This document shows, one piece after another, positions 20,501-28,980 of a DNA stretch of 64,000 nucleotides. Position 1 is the stretch's first letter; every line of letters begins with the position of its first letter. A program made the translations under genes and the position numbers. The DNA is taken from the NCBI GenBank assembly GCA_044222185.1, contig JBGANV010000001.1, positions 896,001 to 960,000 on the forward strand, read 5' to 3'. Below the pieces are notes generated by a model that saw nothing but the letters and a program-made list of their open reading frames with translations, was not told the origin of the DNA and searched no databases. The DNA is from Planctomycetota bacterium. GTDB taxonomy: Bacteria > Planctomycetota > GCA-002687715 > CAIWVZ01.

Positions 20501-21181
20501 GCCGTTTTCGCACGCGTTCCCGCCGACCGGCGCTTCAGCGCCAGGATCCGAACGGCTGATGGCGTCGCTGCGACGAACACGGACATACCGGCGGCGACCA
20601 CGAACCGCGTCAGCGAGACGATCGAGGTCGTGGTCCCGATCGTCGGCGAGCTCGACCTTCGCGTGAACAGCGGCGGGTTGCCCGTGTCCGGTTCGACCGT
20701 CGCGATCTACACGTCCGACGGCCGCCTTTGGGACGCACCCGCGACGACCGACACGGACGGGGGAGTCCGGTTTGCGTCGGTGCCGGCCGGCAAGCTGACG
20801 CTCGTGTGCTCTGCGCCGGGGTACGCCACCAGGGTCGAGGAATTCGAGAGCCCGGGCGGACTGAACGTGAGCCAGCTCACCGTTTCGCTCGAGCGCGGGT
20901 TCGGAACCACCGTCATCGCGACGGATGTGGACCGCCGACCGCTCAGCCTCGTGATCGCGCGCCAGGAGCGACGGCCGTTGGCTCCGCTCGCTCTCGCGTG
21001 TGACCCCCTGTCGAGCTGGGCGTCCGACGCCGTACCGGCCTCCGATGGCGTTGGCGTACTCGCTCTTCCGCCCACCGTGCGAGGTGACGAATGGCTTCTC
21101 GACCATTCCCGTTTTCGCGGGTTTGCGCTCCGTGCAGCCCCCGGAGCTACGGTGCCGGTCATCTTCTCGAACCCGCGGTGA
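17528..21181 (+). CDS. Large secreted protein with repeated carboxypeptidase-regulatory-like (beta-sandwich) domains
   Basis: Signal peptide MKALAFVLSCAAFVGSAAA. Recurring 'G.P..GA.V', 'TTD..G...F..VP.G' and 'APGY/F' motifs. ATGA coupling to tsaE. Confidence 0.75.
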   Translation: MKALAFVLSCAAFVGSAAAQFVVFEGRIATPGVQAAVAVVSRTGTVQTKVVRSGEDWSLKAPVRDGLVIAVTAPGFRPLRMPVDGDAWAGTLRLGAQCLEACDGFTFQAGVGASATLYDLPADGRIDERSLVAAASADGKGIIAFRSVPTEGFVVVTWPDAAPRGFLIDFDGRPLANATITGSPEPSVEIEEPSAAIDGEIEVEWPCIRPGTGAFISTRVVVHGPGMLTRDRTRWVWANPPRALANWHLADAGRDARFRSVPGTVIEAVSWVERGTRQLEAVESLTKKPIPFSAALDGSVPASGTIPVSAEDGGHDLLIVPEVPFEPLRVHVAIPKPDVRLDAFELTPRPVISGKVIGEKAPFEPAVVWYRRKGGRPDLRLGTTDESGAFGAVAFPLGAGEVWIEAASGRFSDVRAIAGGAAEKVFVDFALRNAASLSAAINGRAAVPAPIGVHLVALPVDPAVAHVLSLPPEWRDGATMRVLADPSTRHAVLSREESKFSISALRPGDYMLVVDAPGYFPLIEPVVSVTSALEIVLQVDRLQRAPASKLDLSDGETCFVEAWPWGGRRLVRAADDRSPVSMTLGAPGDRAVVRATGLAPQARGRRTQDRSDGSHASLKISIRRPPVSAQPLLVCLVPRDATTGGPVSSILVRRDEVADAPWSSPDTVVLRAAGRDHPWTTIGPFRADSRLPIVADVDLPRRARGRIWGTDGRLAGGAHVWIWPERDLVLRGARIPPIEGTTSSDGRLAWPDIPPGVARAWVGRAGEMVEIPLVGANAEDLGDIALQRRDEVPLDAGVRRWRDDAGRALDARWVPAFLAAHERLERESFVPSTTSHPRPNRATWIGAALDLSAAEGVMVRTRFDGSSAQLIPLLGQDVDPTRPMLQVSRDSTGAFVFPHVPDGPYTLTLSGVGLRQNVDVTMPPNRQRVLEFREIERLRDVHVRVVNEAAGRPITGARVELHVGEWADPAFFGTARRLTWLATATTDDTGVAVFARVPADRRFSARIRTADGVAATNTDIPAATTNRVSETIEVVVPIVGELDLRVNSGGLPVSGSTVAIYTSDGRLWDAPATTDTDGGVRFASVPAGKLTLVCSAPGYATRVEEFESPGGLNVSQLTVSLERGFGTTVIATDVDRRPLSLVIARQERRPLAPLALACDPLSSWASDAVPASDGVGVLALPPTVRGDEWLLDHSRFRGFALRAAPGATVPVIFSNPR

Positions 21182-21350
21182 GCGCCTCGCGCGACCTGCG
21201 ACTGCACGTTTTCGTCCACCGCCTTCCTGCCGCGTCGACCGAATCCGTCGAGTATCCTCCAGCAGTCGCGCGAGCGTGGCCGCGTGATGGTTGGCATAAG
21301 TGCTTCATGGATTGGGCGTTAACGGCTTCGCGCCGCCTCGCTTCTGGTTT

Positions 21351-21366
21351 TGGCAAGCGAGTTGCT
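21351..21366 (+). promoter_or_regulatory. Sigma-54 (-24/-12) promoter
   Basis: TGGCAA-GCGAG-TTGCT with exact GG-N10-GC spacing, 55 nt before the ATG at 21422. IHF-like TAAGTGCTTCAT lies upstream at 21297-21308. Confidence 0.7.
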
Positions 21367-21421
21367 GTGTCGGCTCCGCGGCGGAATGCGGCCCGGTCAT
21401 GGCCCCCGCTCAACGAATCAC

Positions 21422-21613
21422 ATGTCCCTGAAGATCACCTACGCCGGTTCCCTTCGTGGCAAGCGCCTCTACACGGTTTCCGATGGACGCGAGACCCTCT
21501 TCACGGGCACGCTCGTCGAGGTCAAGCGCTACATCGTCGTTCGGACCGAGAAGCTGCACCGCCGCATCCAGGCCGAGCAGGCCTACCTGACGCAAGTTCG
21601 AACCGCGGGCTGA
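21422..21613 (+). CDS. Small basic hypothetical protein (63 aa)
   Basis: MSLKITYAGSLRGKRLYTVSDGRETLFTGTLVEVKRYIVVRTEKLHRRIQAEQAYLTQVRTAG. Strong third-position GC codon bias and its own promoter. Confidence 0.75.
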   Translation: MSLKITYAGSLRGKRLYTVSDGRETLFTGTLVEVKRYIVVRTEKLHRRIQAEQAYLTQVRTAG

Positions 21614-21745
21614 TGCGGCTCCGCCGCGCCGACGATCCGGGATGTCGTCGGTTGGGGCGGGACATGGCTACGCTGCGCTGCCGATCCCGACTGAGAACAC
21701 GTCATTCTCGTCTATGATGCCGAGCCGCAAAGCGGCAGCGCAGCC

Positions 21746-22969
21746 ATGGGTGTCTCTCATCGATCGTTTCTCCCGGTCGCCATCATCGTCCTCGCGACCA
21801 GTTCGCCAGCCTCGCCTGGCCAGGCATCGCGCCCCATCGGGTGGCGGAGCTTCTTCGAGGAGCGCCTCCTCGACCGCGCGCCGGTCATCGTGCGCGCTCG
21901 CTACGATCGGGACAGCACGTTCGGCGACGTGCAGCTCACGGCCTTCTCCGTCCGGCGAGAGCTCCGCGGCCACCCAGGATCCCGCGTGCTGGTCGTCGCT
22001 GCGGGTGCGGTCGTGGACAGCTTCCGCGACGTGGACCGCCTCCTCTTCCTGAAGCCCGAAGCCCAGGATCAGATGTACCGGCTCGTCGACGTCGTCGACC
22101 TGACGGACGCGGCCGAGGAGACCGAGGCGACGGTGAACGGCTACGTGGGACTCACGGAGGAATCCGACCCCGCGAAACGAAGGCGCATCCTTCGACGTCT
22201 CGTGAACGACGGCTTCGGTGCGAAGGGCACGTTCAGCCGCCGCCTCGCCGTCAGGGAGTTCGAGCGGCTCTTCGAGCGGTTCCCGGACACTCTGACGGAC
22301 GAGGATCTGACGGCGGCCCAACAAGCGTTGCCCGGACTCGACCAGGCGGACCGCACGCGCATGCGCACGGCATTGGAGCGACTCGAGGAACGGATGCTGG
22401 GCGACTTCGCCGGAACGCAGATGGCGGTGCCGGCTGGTCCGGATCGGGGCACGTTCATTCGCGCCGTTTGTCGCCTTCGTGAAACCACCGATGCGGCAGA
22501 GCAGGCCGAGATCATCGACCGGACGGCCGAGGGCCTGGGGCTGAAGTCCGTCCCATTCCTGATCCGCTGTCTGCGGGTCCCCGCCCTCCAGACGAGGGCC
22601 ATGCGACACCTCGGCGACATGCGGGGCTCGTCGGCCGTCCCGGAGCTTCTGAAACAACTTTCGACCTCGGCCACCGACCAGCGCGCGCGCATCGTCGAAT
22701 GCCTGGGCCGGATCGGCGACGACGCTGCGACGTTGCCGGTCGCTCGCCTCCTCGAGTCGGCGCCGGAGATGTTCAGGCCGGTGATCGAGGCGCTGGCGCG
22801 AATCGGGAGCCCCGCCGCAGAGGGCTTGCTGGACGTCCTGGCACACCGCCTTGCCGACACCTCCGACACGGATCCCCGCAAGCAGGTCATCACCGAGGTC
22901 CGGACTCCCGAATGGCGAGCCACGGAAGAAAAGCGGCGAGCCGCAGCGTCGCGCGCGTATAGCCGTTGA
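21746..22969 (+). CDS. Secreted HEAT-repeat protein
   Basis: Hydrophobic N-terminus. C-terminal repeats AMRHLGDMR.SSAVPELL, IVECLGRIGDDAATLPV, IEALARIGSPAA. -10-like TATGAT at 21713-21718. Confidence 0.75.
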   Translation: MGVSHRSFLPVAIIVLATSSPASPGQASRPIGWRSFFEERLLDRAPVIVRARYDRDSTFGDVQLTAFSVRRELRGHPGSRVLVVAAGAVVDSFRDVDRLLFLKPEAQDQMYRLVDVVDLTDAAEETEATVNGYVGLTEESDPAKRRRILRRLVNDGFGAKGTFSRRLAVREFERLFERFPDTLTDEDLTAAQQALPGLDQADRTRMRTALERLEERMLGDFAGTQMAVPAGPDRGTFIRAVCRLRETTDAAEQAEIIDRTAEGLGLKSVPFLIRCLRVPALQTRAMRHLGDMRGSSAVPELLKQLSTSATDQRARIVECLGRIGDDAATLPVARLLESAPEMFRPVIEALARIGSPAAEGLLDVLAHRLADTSDTDPRKQVITEVRTPEWRATEEKRRAAASRAYSR

Positions 22970-24597
22970 CGCGCGGCGCAGCCCAGCGCACCGTAGCCCC
23001 GCCGCCCAGTTGGAGTCAGCACTTGCCCGCCATCCGAGCACCCGGTCCGATCCATTCCGCCGTTCGATCCGCCATCGTCGTCCTCGTCGCGGCCGTCTCG
23101 ATTCCCGCGCAGGACTCCCGAGCGGTGGGTCCCGAATCAGCGCCGACCTCACGCCCGGATTCGCTCTCGCTGAGCCTCGAGGACGCGGTCGGATTCGCCG
23201 TCAGGAACAACCTGACCCTCAAGATCGCGTTGATCGACGAGCAGATCGCTGAGACCCGCATTCGGCAGGAACTCGGAGTCTACGACCCGACCTTCTTCGC
23301 GAACGTCACGACTTCCAAGCGGGAGCAACTGTTCGCCGGTGTGTTCCCCGACCCGACGAACCCGCTCATCAGCCGAACGTTCTTCATCAACAACGCGGAT
23401 GAGGGATTCAGCGCCGAGTCGGGCGTTCGCGGGCGGTTGTCGACGGGGGGAACGTACGAGGCGTCGGTCGGGACGGACTATCGCTACCAGCAGAGCGGCG
23501 GTGCGTTGAACCCGATCTTCACGACGACGGGCCGCCTCCAACTCACTCAACCGCTCCTGCGCAACGCCTGGATGGCATACAACGACGGTTCCATCGAGAT
23601 CGCGAAGAACCGCCGGATGCAATCGCGCGAAGAGTACCGCAGCTCCATGCTCGGAAAGATCCGCGAGGTGCAGACCGCCTACTTCGATCTGGTGTTCGCT
23701 CGAGAGAACCTCCAGGTCAAACGGAATAGCCTCGTCGTCGCCGACCAGCAGGTGGAGGTGAACCGCGTCAAGGTCGACGCCGGCGCCCTGCCGCCGGTCG
23801 AGATGACCAGCGCGGAATCGGCGCGCGCGTTCCGCCGCTCGGAGGTCGTCACCGCCGAGGCGCAGGTCGTCGAGGCCGAGGACCGGCTTCGGCGTGAGAT
23901 CTTCGCGTTCGAGACCACGTCGGAGTGGACCGTTCACCTGGAACCGACGGAGACGCTCTCCGAGAGCGAGATCCAGATCAGGCCGCTCGACGAGTTGCTC
24001 CAGACGGCCTTTCGAACCGAACCGAGGATCGTCAAGGCTCACCTGGACGTGGCGCGCGCCGGGACTGAACTCGACATGCGGCGCTCCGAACGCCTTCCCA
24101 AGCTCGACGCGTCCGCGAGCGTGAACGTGAACAGCCTGGGCTCGGACGCGGGGCAGACCTATGCGGACGTCCTGAACCGGGCGCGGGACGCGTTGAGCGT
24201 GTCCGGTGGACTCGCGCTGGAGGTCCCGTTGGGCAACCGCGCGGCCTCCGCGCGGGAGGCAGAGGCCGAGCTGACGGTCACGCGGGCCCAGGTCGTCCTC
24301 CGCAACCTCGAGACGGACGTCGGCTACGGCGTCCGGAACAGCGTCCGGAACATCGACGTGGCCCTGCGCACGATCCGCGCCCGGAGGGAGGCCGTCAGGT
24401 TTGCCGAGCAGCAACTGGCCAACGAGCGCGCGAAATTCGAGGTCCAGGCGTCGACGAACTTCCAGGTCTTCGAGGTCGAAGACCAGGTGAATCAGCGCCG
24501 AACGGAACTGATCCGCTCGATGCTGGACTATCGCCTGGCAGTCCTCGACCTGCCGCGCGTGACCGGCGCGCCACTCGCCGAGCTCGTCGTGAAGTAG
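22966..24597 (+). CDS. TolC-family outer-membrane efflux protein
   Basis: LSLEDAV..AVRNN.L, YDPT, LTQPLLRN, VQTAYFDL, LPKLD, LEVPLGNRAA, ST.FQV. The start (TTG overlapping the upstream TGA) is uncertain. Confidence 0.88.
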   Translation: MTRGAAQRTVAPPPSWSQHLPAIRAPGPIHSAVRSAIVVLVAAVSIPAQDSRAVGPESAPTSRPDSLSLSLEDAVGFAVRNNLTLKIALIDEQIAETRIRQELGVYDPTFFANVTTSKREQLFAGVFPDPTNPLISRTFFINNADEGFSAESGVRGRLSTGGTYEASVGTDYRYQQSGGALNPIFTTTGRLQLTQPLLRNAWMAYNDGSIEIAKNRRMQSREEYRSSMLGKIREVQTAYFDLVFARENLQVKRNSLVVADQQVEVNRVKVDAGALPPVEMTSAESARAFRRSEVVTAEAQVVEAEDRLRREIFAFETTSEWTVHLEPTETLSESEIQIRPLDELLQTAFRTEPRIVKAHLDVARAGTELDMRRSERLPKLDASASVNVNSLGSDAGQTYADVLNRARDALSVSGGLALEVPLGNRAASAREAEAELTVTRAQVVLRNLETDVGYGVRNSVRNIDVALRTIRARREAVRFAEQQLANERAKFEVQASTNFQVFEVEDQVNQRRTELIRSMLDYRLAVLDLPRVTGAPLAELVVK

Positions 24598-24678
24598 ACG
24601 CTCGACGACGCCTGGACGGATGCGGGGGGCGATTCGGTACACTGCCGCTCCCTCCGCAGGACCGAGCATCGAGACAAC

Positions 24679-26103
24679 GTGCGCCCGTACACCCTACTCG
24701 GCATCGTGCTCATCGGAGCGCTCCTGGCGTTTGCGGTTCACCACTTCCTGGGCCGCGCGCCGGCACCGGCCGGAACCCAACTTCCCGATCTCACCATCAC
24801 GGGGAGGCCGCCGGCGTTCCATCTCGACGTCACTCCGACGCAAGCGCGCGTCCTGGCGGAGCGGTGCTTCTACGCCATCGCCTCCGATCGCCCCGAACGC
24901 CTCGGCGGCACGAAGGACGACCTGGCGCTGCTGCTCGATCGCGACGAGATCGTCGAGTTCATCCTGGCCGAATGGCACGTCCGCCGAAACGAAGGCAAGT
25001 ACGCCGACGCCGCGTTCGCGGACATCTTCACGCTCGTCCGCAATCGCAAGTTCGTCGAGCCGACCCGTGAGTTGCTGCAGTCGAGCGAACCGCTCGTGGC
25101 GACGAAGGCCGTCGAGGCGGCGATGACGCAACGGGATCCGTCGCTGGTCGGCATGCTCCTGCCGATCCTGGCGAGGCTTCAGTCGGAGAACACCGCGGAG
25201 ATCATCGCGCGACGGGTGAAACTCCTTCAGGCCGCGGCTGCTTGCGGCGGGGATGGCCTCGTCGCGTGCGTCCAGCTGGGGCTCCGCGATCCCGCGAGCG
25301 CCGTCGTCGTCGCCGCGGCAGGGATGATTGCCGCGCAGAAGATCGACGGCCTCGACGCGGATCTGCGCATCCTCATGCAGTCCGCGAGCGACCTGCACGT
25401 GCGAGCTCAGGTCGCTGCCACGCTCCTTCAGCGGGGCGACCTGGCGGCGCGCCGGATCGTCATCGAGGGCCTGGACCCGCGGAATCCGGACGTGGCGGCG
25501 GAAAGTGCGCACCTCATCACCAAGTACCGCTTGATGGAGGCCATGGATTCACTCACGCGCTACGCGACCAAGACCGAGGGGGAACTGCGCCGCGTTTTCG
25601 AGCTGGCCCTGGTTCGTCTCGGAGACCGAACCATCCGCGCCCAGCTCATGCGTTCCGCCGAATCCGCGGGCGATCCTCACGAACTCGACTCGCTCCAGAT
25701 TCTCGCTGCGAGCGGCGACCCGGAAGTCGTGCCGATACTGGAACGCGGTGTCGAGCGGGGTGGCTCTCCGCGATGGCGCGCCATCGCTGCAGGCATCGCC
25801 ACGGGGCGCGACGAGTGCATGATCCCTGTGATCAAGAAGCTCGTCGAGCAGCCCATCATCTATCCTGCCGACTTCGGGGAGTGCGCCGGGGTCGGCGGCG
25901 ACGCCATCGTGCCTCGGCTGGCAGAGCTGTTGCATGCTGCGACGGAACCCACGGTCCAGATTCGCTACATCACCTGGCTTGGCGAATCGGGCATGCCGAG
26001 TGCCCGTGACGTTCTGCTGAAGGAGCGATCGCGGATTCCGAGGCTCGTCGACGAGCGACTCCGCCTCATCGATCTCGATCGTCGCCGGCGCGGCGTGACC
26101 TGA
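24679..26103 (+). CDS. Membrane-anchored HEAT/ARM-like alpha-solenoid protein
   Basis: N-terminal TM segment LLGIVLIGALLAFAV. Helical repeats GLRDPASAVVVAAA, VRAQVAATLLQRGD, LALVRLGD. Confidence 0.7.
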   Translation: MRPYTLLGIVLIGALLAFAVHHFLGRAPAPAGTQLPDLTITGRPPAFHLDVTPTQARVLAERCFYAIASDRPERLGGTKDDLALLLDRDEIVEFILAEWHVRRNEGKYADAAFADIFTLVRNRKFVEPTRELLQSSEPLVATKAVEAAMTQRDPSLVGMLLPILARLQSENTAEIIARRVKLLQAAAACGGDGLVACVQLGLRDPASAVVVAAAGMIAAQKIDGLDADLRILMQSASDLHVRAQVAATLLQRGDLAARRIVIEGLDPRNPDVAAESAHLITKYRLMEAMDSLTRYATKTEGELRRVFELALVRLGDRTIRAQLMRSAESAGDPHELDSLQILAASGDPEVVPILERGVERGGSPRWRAIAAGIATGRDECMIPVIKKLVEQPIIYPADFGECAGVGGDAIVPRLAELLHAATEPTVQIRYITWLGESGMPSARDVLLKERSRIPRLVDERLRLIDLDRRRRGVT

Positions 26104-26109
26104 GCCGCG

Positions 26110-26751
26110 TCAGCGGTTTCCGATAGGCTCGAATCGCACGTCGCGGATCGCGGCGGGCGGGCCCCCGAAGGCGTCGCCCGAGGTGGCCGCGAGGTTTGCG
26201 GGCGGAGCCTCCGCAAGCCCGGCAAACGGTGGATCGCGATCGTTGCGATACTGGCGGAGTTCGCCAGTGGAGTTGATCGCGTAGACGTTCCGGCCGGAGT
26301 ACCCGTACACGATGGGCCAGGCGTACGCGATGAAGTCCTTGTTCATCCGGGTGAGGTCGAGGTTGGCGAGCCCGTCGAAGTTGACGCCGGGCAACCCCGC
26401 TCCCGGCAGGTAGACCGTGAAGTGGTAGCCCTTCTCGAAGAAGGCCGCACCCTGGGGCTTGAGGCTCGCGCGGGCCATGGCACGGGGAGCCGTCACGACG
26501 CGGACGCGCCGCCCGTCCCCGAGAAGCTCGTTCAGGACGCCGTAGGTCTCACCGTTGTTCTGCGACAGGAACGTGCGCTCCGCCGCCTGGATCTCCAAAA
26601 GGACGGCGCGCGCGTTCATCTCGTTCGCCACGATCCGCGTGCTCTGGATCCGGGGGATCGCGAACATGGACGATGCCGCGATCACCGTGAGGATGATGGC
26701 GACTTCGAGCAGGGTGAGGCCGCGCGGGCGAGTGAAGCGGGATGAGGTCAT
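26110..26751 (-). CDS. Prepilin-type N-terminal cleavage/methylation domain protein
   Basis: RG|LTLLE class III signal with Glu at +5, hydrophobic helix, ANE.NA...L.EI..A, and GYHF...AWP..YG.SG (DUF2950-like). Confidence 0.85.
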   Translation of the reverse strand: MTSSRFTRPRGLTLLEVAIILTVIAASSMFAIPRIQSTRIVANEMNARAVLLEIQAAERTFLSQNNGETYGVLNELLGDGRRVRVVTAPRAMARASLKPQGAAFFEKGYHFTVYLPGAGLPGVNFDGLANLDLTRMNKDFIAYAWPIVYGYSGRNVYAINSTGELRQYRNDRDPPFAGLAEAPPANLAATSGDAFGGPPAAIRDVRFEPIGNR

Positions 26752-26889
26752 CGTGGGGCGGGTGCGGGCGCTGGGAAACGTCCCTGGGGCTCAAGAATAC
26801 ATCGGCCATTGGCCCATCAAGCCTTTCCCGGGCTTCGTGGACTGTGTTTTCGCGGTTACGTTCGCGAGCCTCACGAAGATGGGGATCCC

Positions 26890-28176
26890 ATGGCGACGGA
26901 AACACCCGGCGAACGGACGACATTCGACAACGGTGTCGCGGTCCTGCGGCGATTGAGGTCCGGGGGCCACCGTGCATTCTTCGCGGGGGGGTGTGTTCGG
27001 GACCACCTGCGGGGCCGGACACCCGCCGATTTCGACGTCGCCACGTCCGCACGCCCAGAAGAGGTCGAAGGACTGTTTCGGCGGACGATCGCGGTCGGGA
27101 AGGCGTTTGGTGTCGTTCGCGTCGCGTGCAAGGGCGATTGGTTCGAAGTCGCGACCTTCCGTCGGGATGGTGCGTACGCAGATGGGCGCCGGCCCGAGTC
27201 CGTCACGTATTCCGACGAACGCGAGGATGCAGCGCGGCGAGATTTCACGATCAACGGGATGTTCTGGGACCCTGATTCCGGCGAGATCCTCGATTACGTG
27301 GGGGGCCGCGCCGACCTGGAGCGCGGCGTCATCCGCGCCATAGGCGACCCTGATTCCCGCATCCAGGAAGACGCGCTGCGGCTCCTTCGAGCGGTCCGTT
27401 TCGCAGCACGGGAGGACTTCACCCTCGATCCGGCGACTGAGGACGCCGTCCGCCGGCATCGCGAGCGACTCGCCGCCGTGTCGCCGGAGCGGATCCGCGA
27501 GGAGCTGTTCAAGCTCGCGAAGGCCCCATCAGACAACCGCGCGCTCGGGGTGGCGCTGATCTCGCGCACGGGGTTGCTCGACGTCATCCTGCCGGAGGTC
27601 GTCGCCGTCGCCGCCGAGGCTCGACGGATCGTCGCGGCGACGCGACTCCCGGGACTCGCGCTCATGCTCGCAGGCATGTTGGCGCGCGCGCTTCCCCAGT
27701 CGACGCGACCCCCGCGCTGGCGCGCGCTGGCCGAGGTCATCACGGAGAGGCTTCGATTATCCAACGAGGAGCATCAGGAACTGTCGATGCTTCTCGCGGA
27801 CCGCGTTCGCGTCGAAGGGGCACTGCATGCCACTCCGGCTCGGCGACGCCTCTGCGCGGCCCGAGCGGGGTTCGACCGCCTGCACGAACTCGTTCGTGCG
27901 CAAGGAGACGCCGACGCGGCGCTCGCGATGCTCGATGCCACGCGCGCGGCGCACCCCGTGGGACTTCCGCCTCCGCTTCTGGACGGGAACCGTCTCGCCG
28001 AGTTGGGTATCCCGCGCGGTCCCAGGCTCGGACTCTGGATCCGGCGGCTCCGAGTGCTCCAGCTCGGCGGTCGCCTCCCGGATGCGGCCGCTGCCCAATC
28101 CTGGGTGAGCGCGCGGCTGCACGGAGGAGAGGAGGATCCGCACCAGGTCGGTGGAGCCGGCCTCGGCCGACCGTGA
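26890..28176 (+). CDS. cca: Class II tRNA nucleotidyltransferase (CCA-adding/PolA family), no HD domain
   Basis: AGGCVRD, DFDVAT, EVATFR, intact loop YADGRRP, RRDFTING, EDALRLLRAVRF, ERIREEL. Confidence 0.88.
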   Translation: MATETPGERTTFDNGVAVLRRLRSGGHRAFFAGGCVRDHLRGRTPADFDVATSARPEEVEGLFRRTIAVGKAFGVVRVACKGDWFEVATFRRDGAYADGRRPESVTYSDEREDAARRDFTINGMFWDPDSGEILDYVGGRADLERGVIRAIGDPDSRIQEDALRLLRAVRFAAREDFTLDPATEDAVRRHRERLAAVSPERIREELFKLAKAPSDNRALGVALISRTGLLDVILPEVVAVAAEARRIVAATRLPGLALMLAGMLARALPQSTRPPRWRALAEVITERLRLSNEEHQELSMLLADRVRVEGALHATPARRRLCAARAGFDRLHELVRAQGDADAALAMLDATRAAHPVGLPPPLLDGNRLAELGIPRGPRLGLWIRRLRVLQLGGRLPDAAAAQSWVSARLHGGEEDPHQVGGAGLGRP

Positions 28177-28667
28177 GTTTAGGGGCTCGTCGAACGAGGC
28201 GCATCGTGGTCGTGTCGGGCCTTGGAGTCCTCAATGCAGCCCTGTGGTGCGTCGGGCGGCGGTGTTGGCGAGACGAACCGCCAGTCCCCTCGAATGTTGG
28301 TGAGATCGACCCGCGTCGAATCGCACCAACTCTCGAGTCCCGCCCATTCCCGTGCATTGGAAGCCTGATTCTGGTCGGAAGGTATGCAGGGTGCGACATC
28401 TGCATCGAGGATGCACCCGAGGGTCGGTGGATACAGATCCGACGGATCACCCCCGGGAATCCGATCTTCGATGCTCTCGTGATTCTCGATCCGCATGAAG
28501 GAGCAGCTCCGTACGACGTCAAGTTCGAGGCTGGCCTCGTGTTCGATGAAGAGGAGATCCGCCGACTGGTTCGTCACTGGGACACTTGGGGTTTCGTCGA
28601 AGACGGAGTGCTGATCGACCGGTACGGCACCGAGCAGGCCGCAACGCGAAGTCGGCTTTCAAAGTGA
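28173..28667 (+). CDS. Hypothetical protein (orphan-looking)
   Basis: GTGA overlap with the cca stop. The C-terminal half reads as protein-like. Codon usage is atypical and the start is uncertain. Confidence 0.4.
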   Translation: MSLGARRTRRIVVVSGLGVLNAALWCVGRRCWRDEPPVPSNVGEIDPRRIAPTLESRPFPCIGSLILVGRYAGCDICIEDAPEGRWIQIRRITPGNPIFDALVILDPHEGAAPYDVKFEAGLVFDEEEIRRLVRHWDTWGFVEDGVLIDRYGTEQAATRSRLSK

Positions 28668-28980
28668 GGAGCGTTGCCGTCCACGGCGCCGCGGTTCACG
28701 ACGGAAGCCGGCAGAGGACGGCGGCGGTGGCGCGCTCGCCGTCCCCAAGTCTGATCCGCGAGCGCGCGGATCGCGAAACCGGAGCCAAACTGCCCAAGCT
28801 CGGGGAGGCATCGCCGTTGACGGACCTGCCCCTGCGCACTCGGATGCGTGTCGGCCCCCGTTCCGGGTCCCACGAATGGGGCCCGGTCGGGTAGACTGCC
28901 GCCCTCAATGCCGCGCCATTCGACCGGCGGATGGCGCACTTTTTGGGGCGGGTTCCACCTCTTCTGTCACAGGTATCACC

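Noticed and set aside
28932-28947. Sigma-54-like TGGCGCACTTTTTGG upstream of the Cys-rich gene
   Set aside because: The -12 position is GG rather than GC, and a -10-like TAGACT near 28892 is an alternative promoter. Too weak to call.
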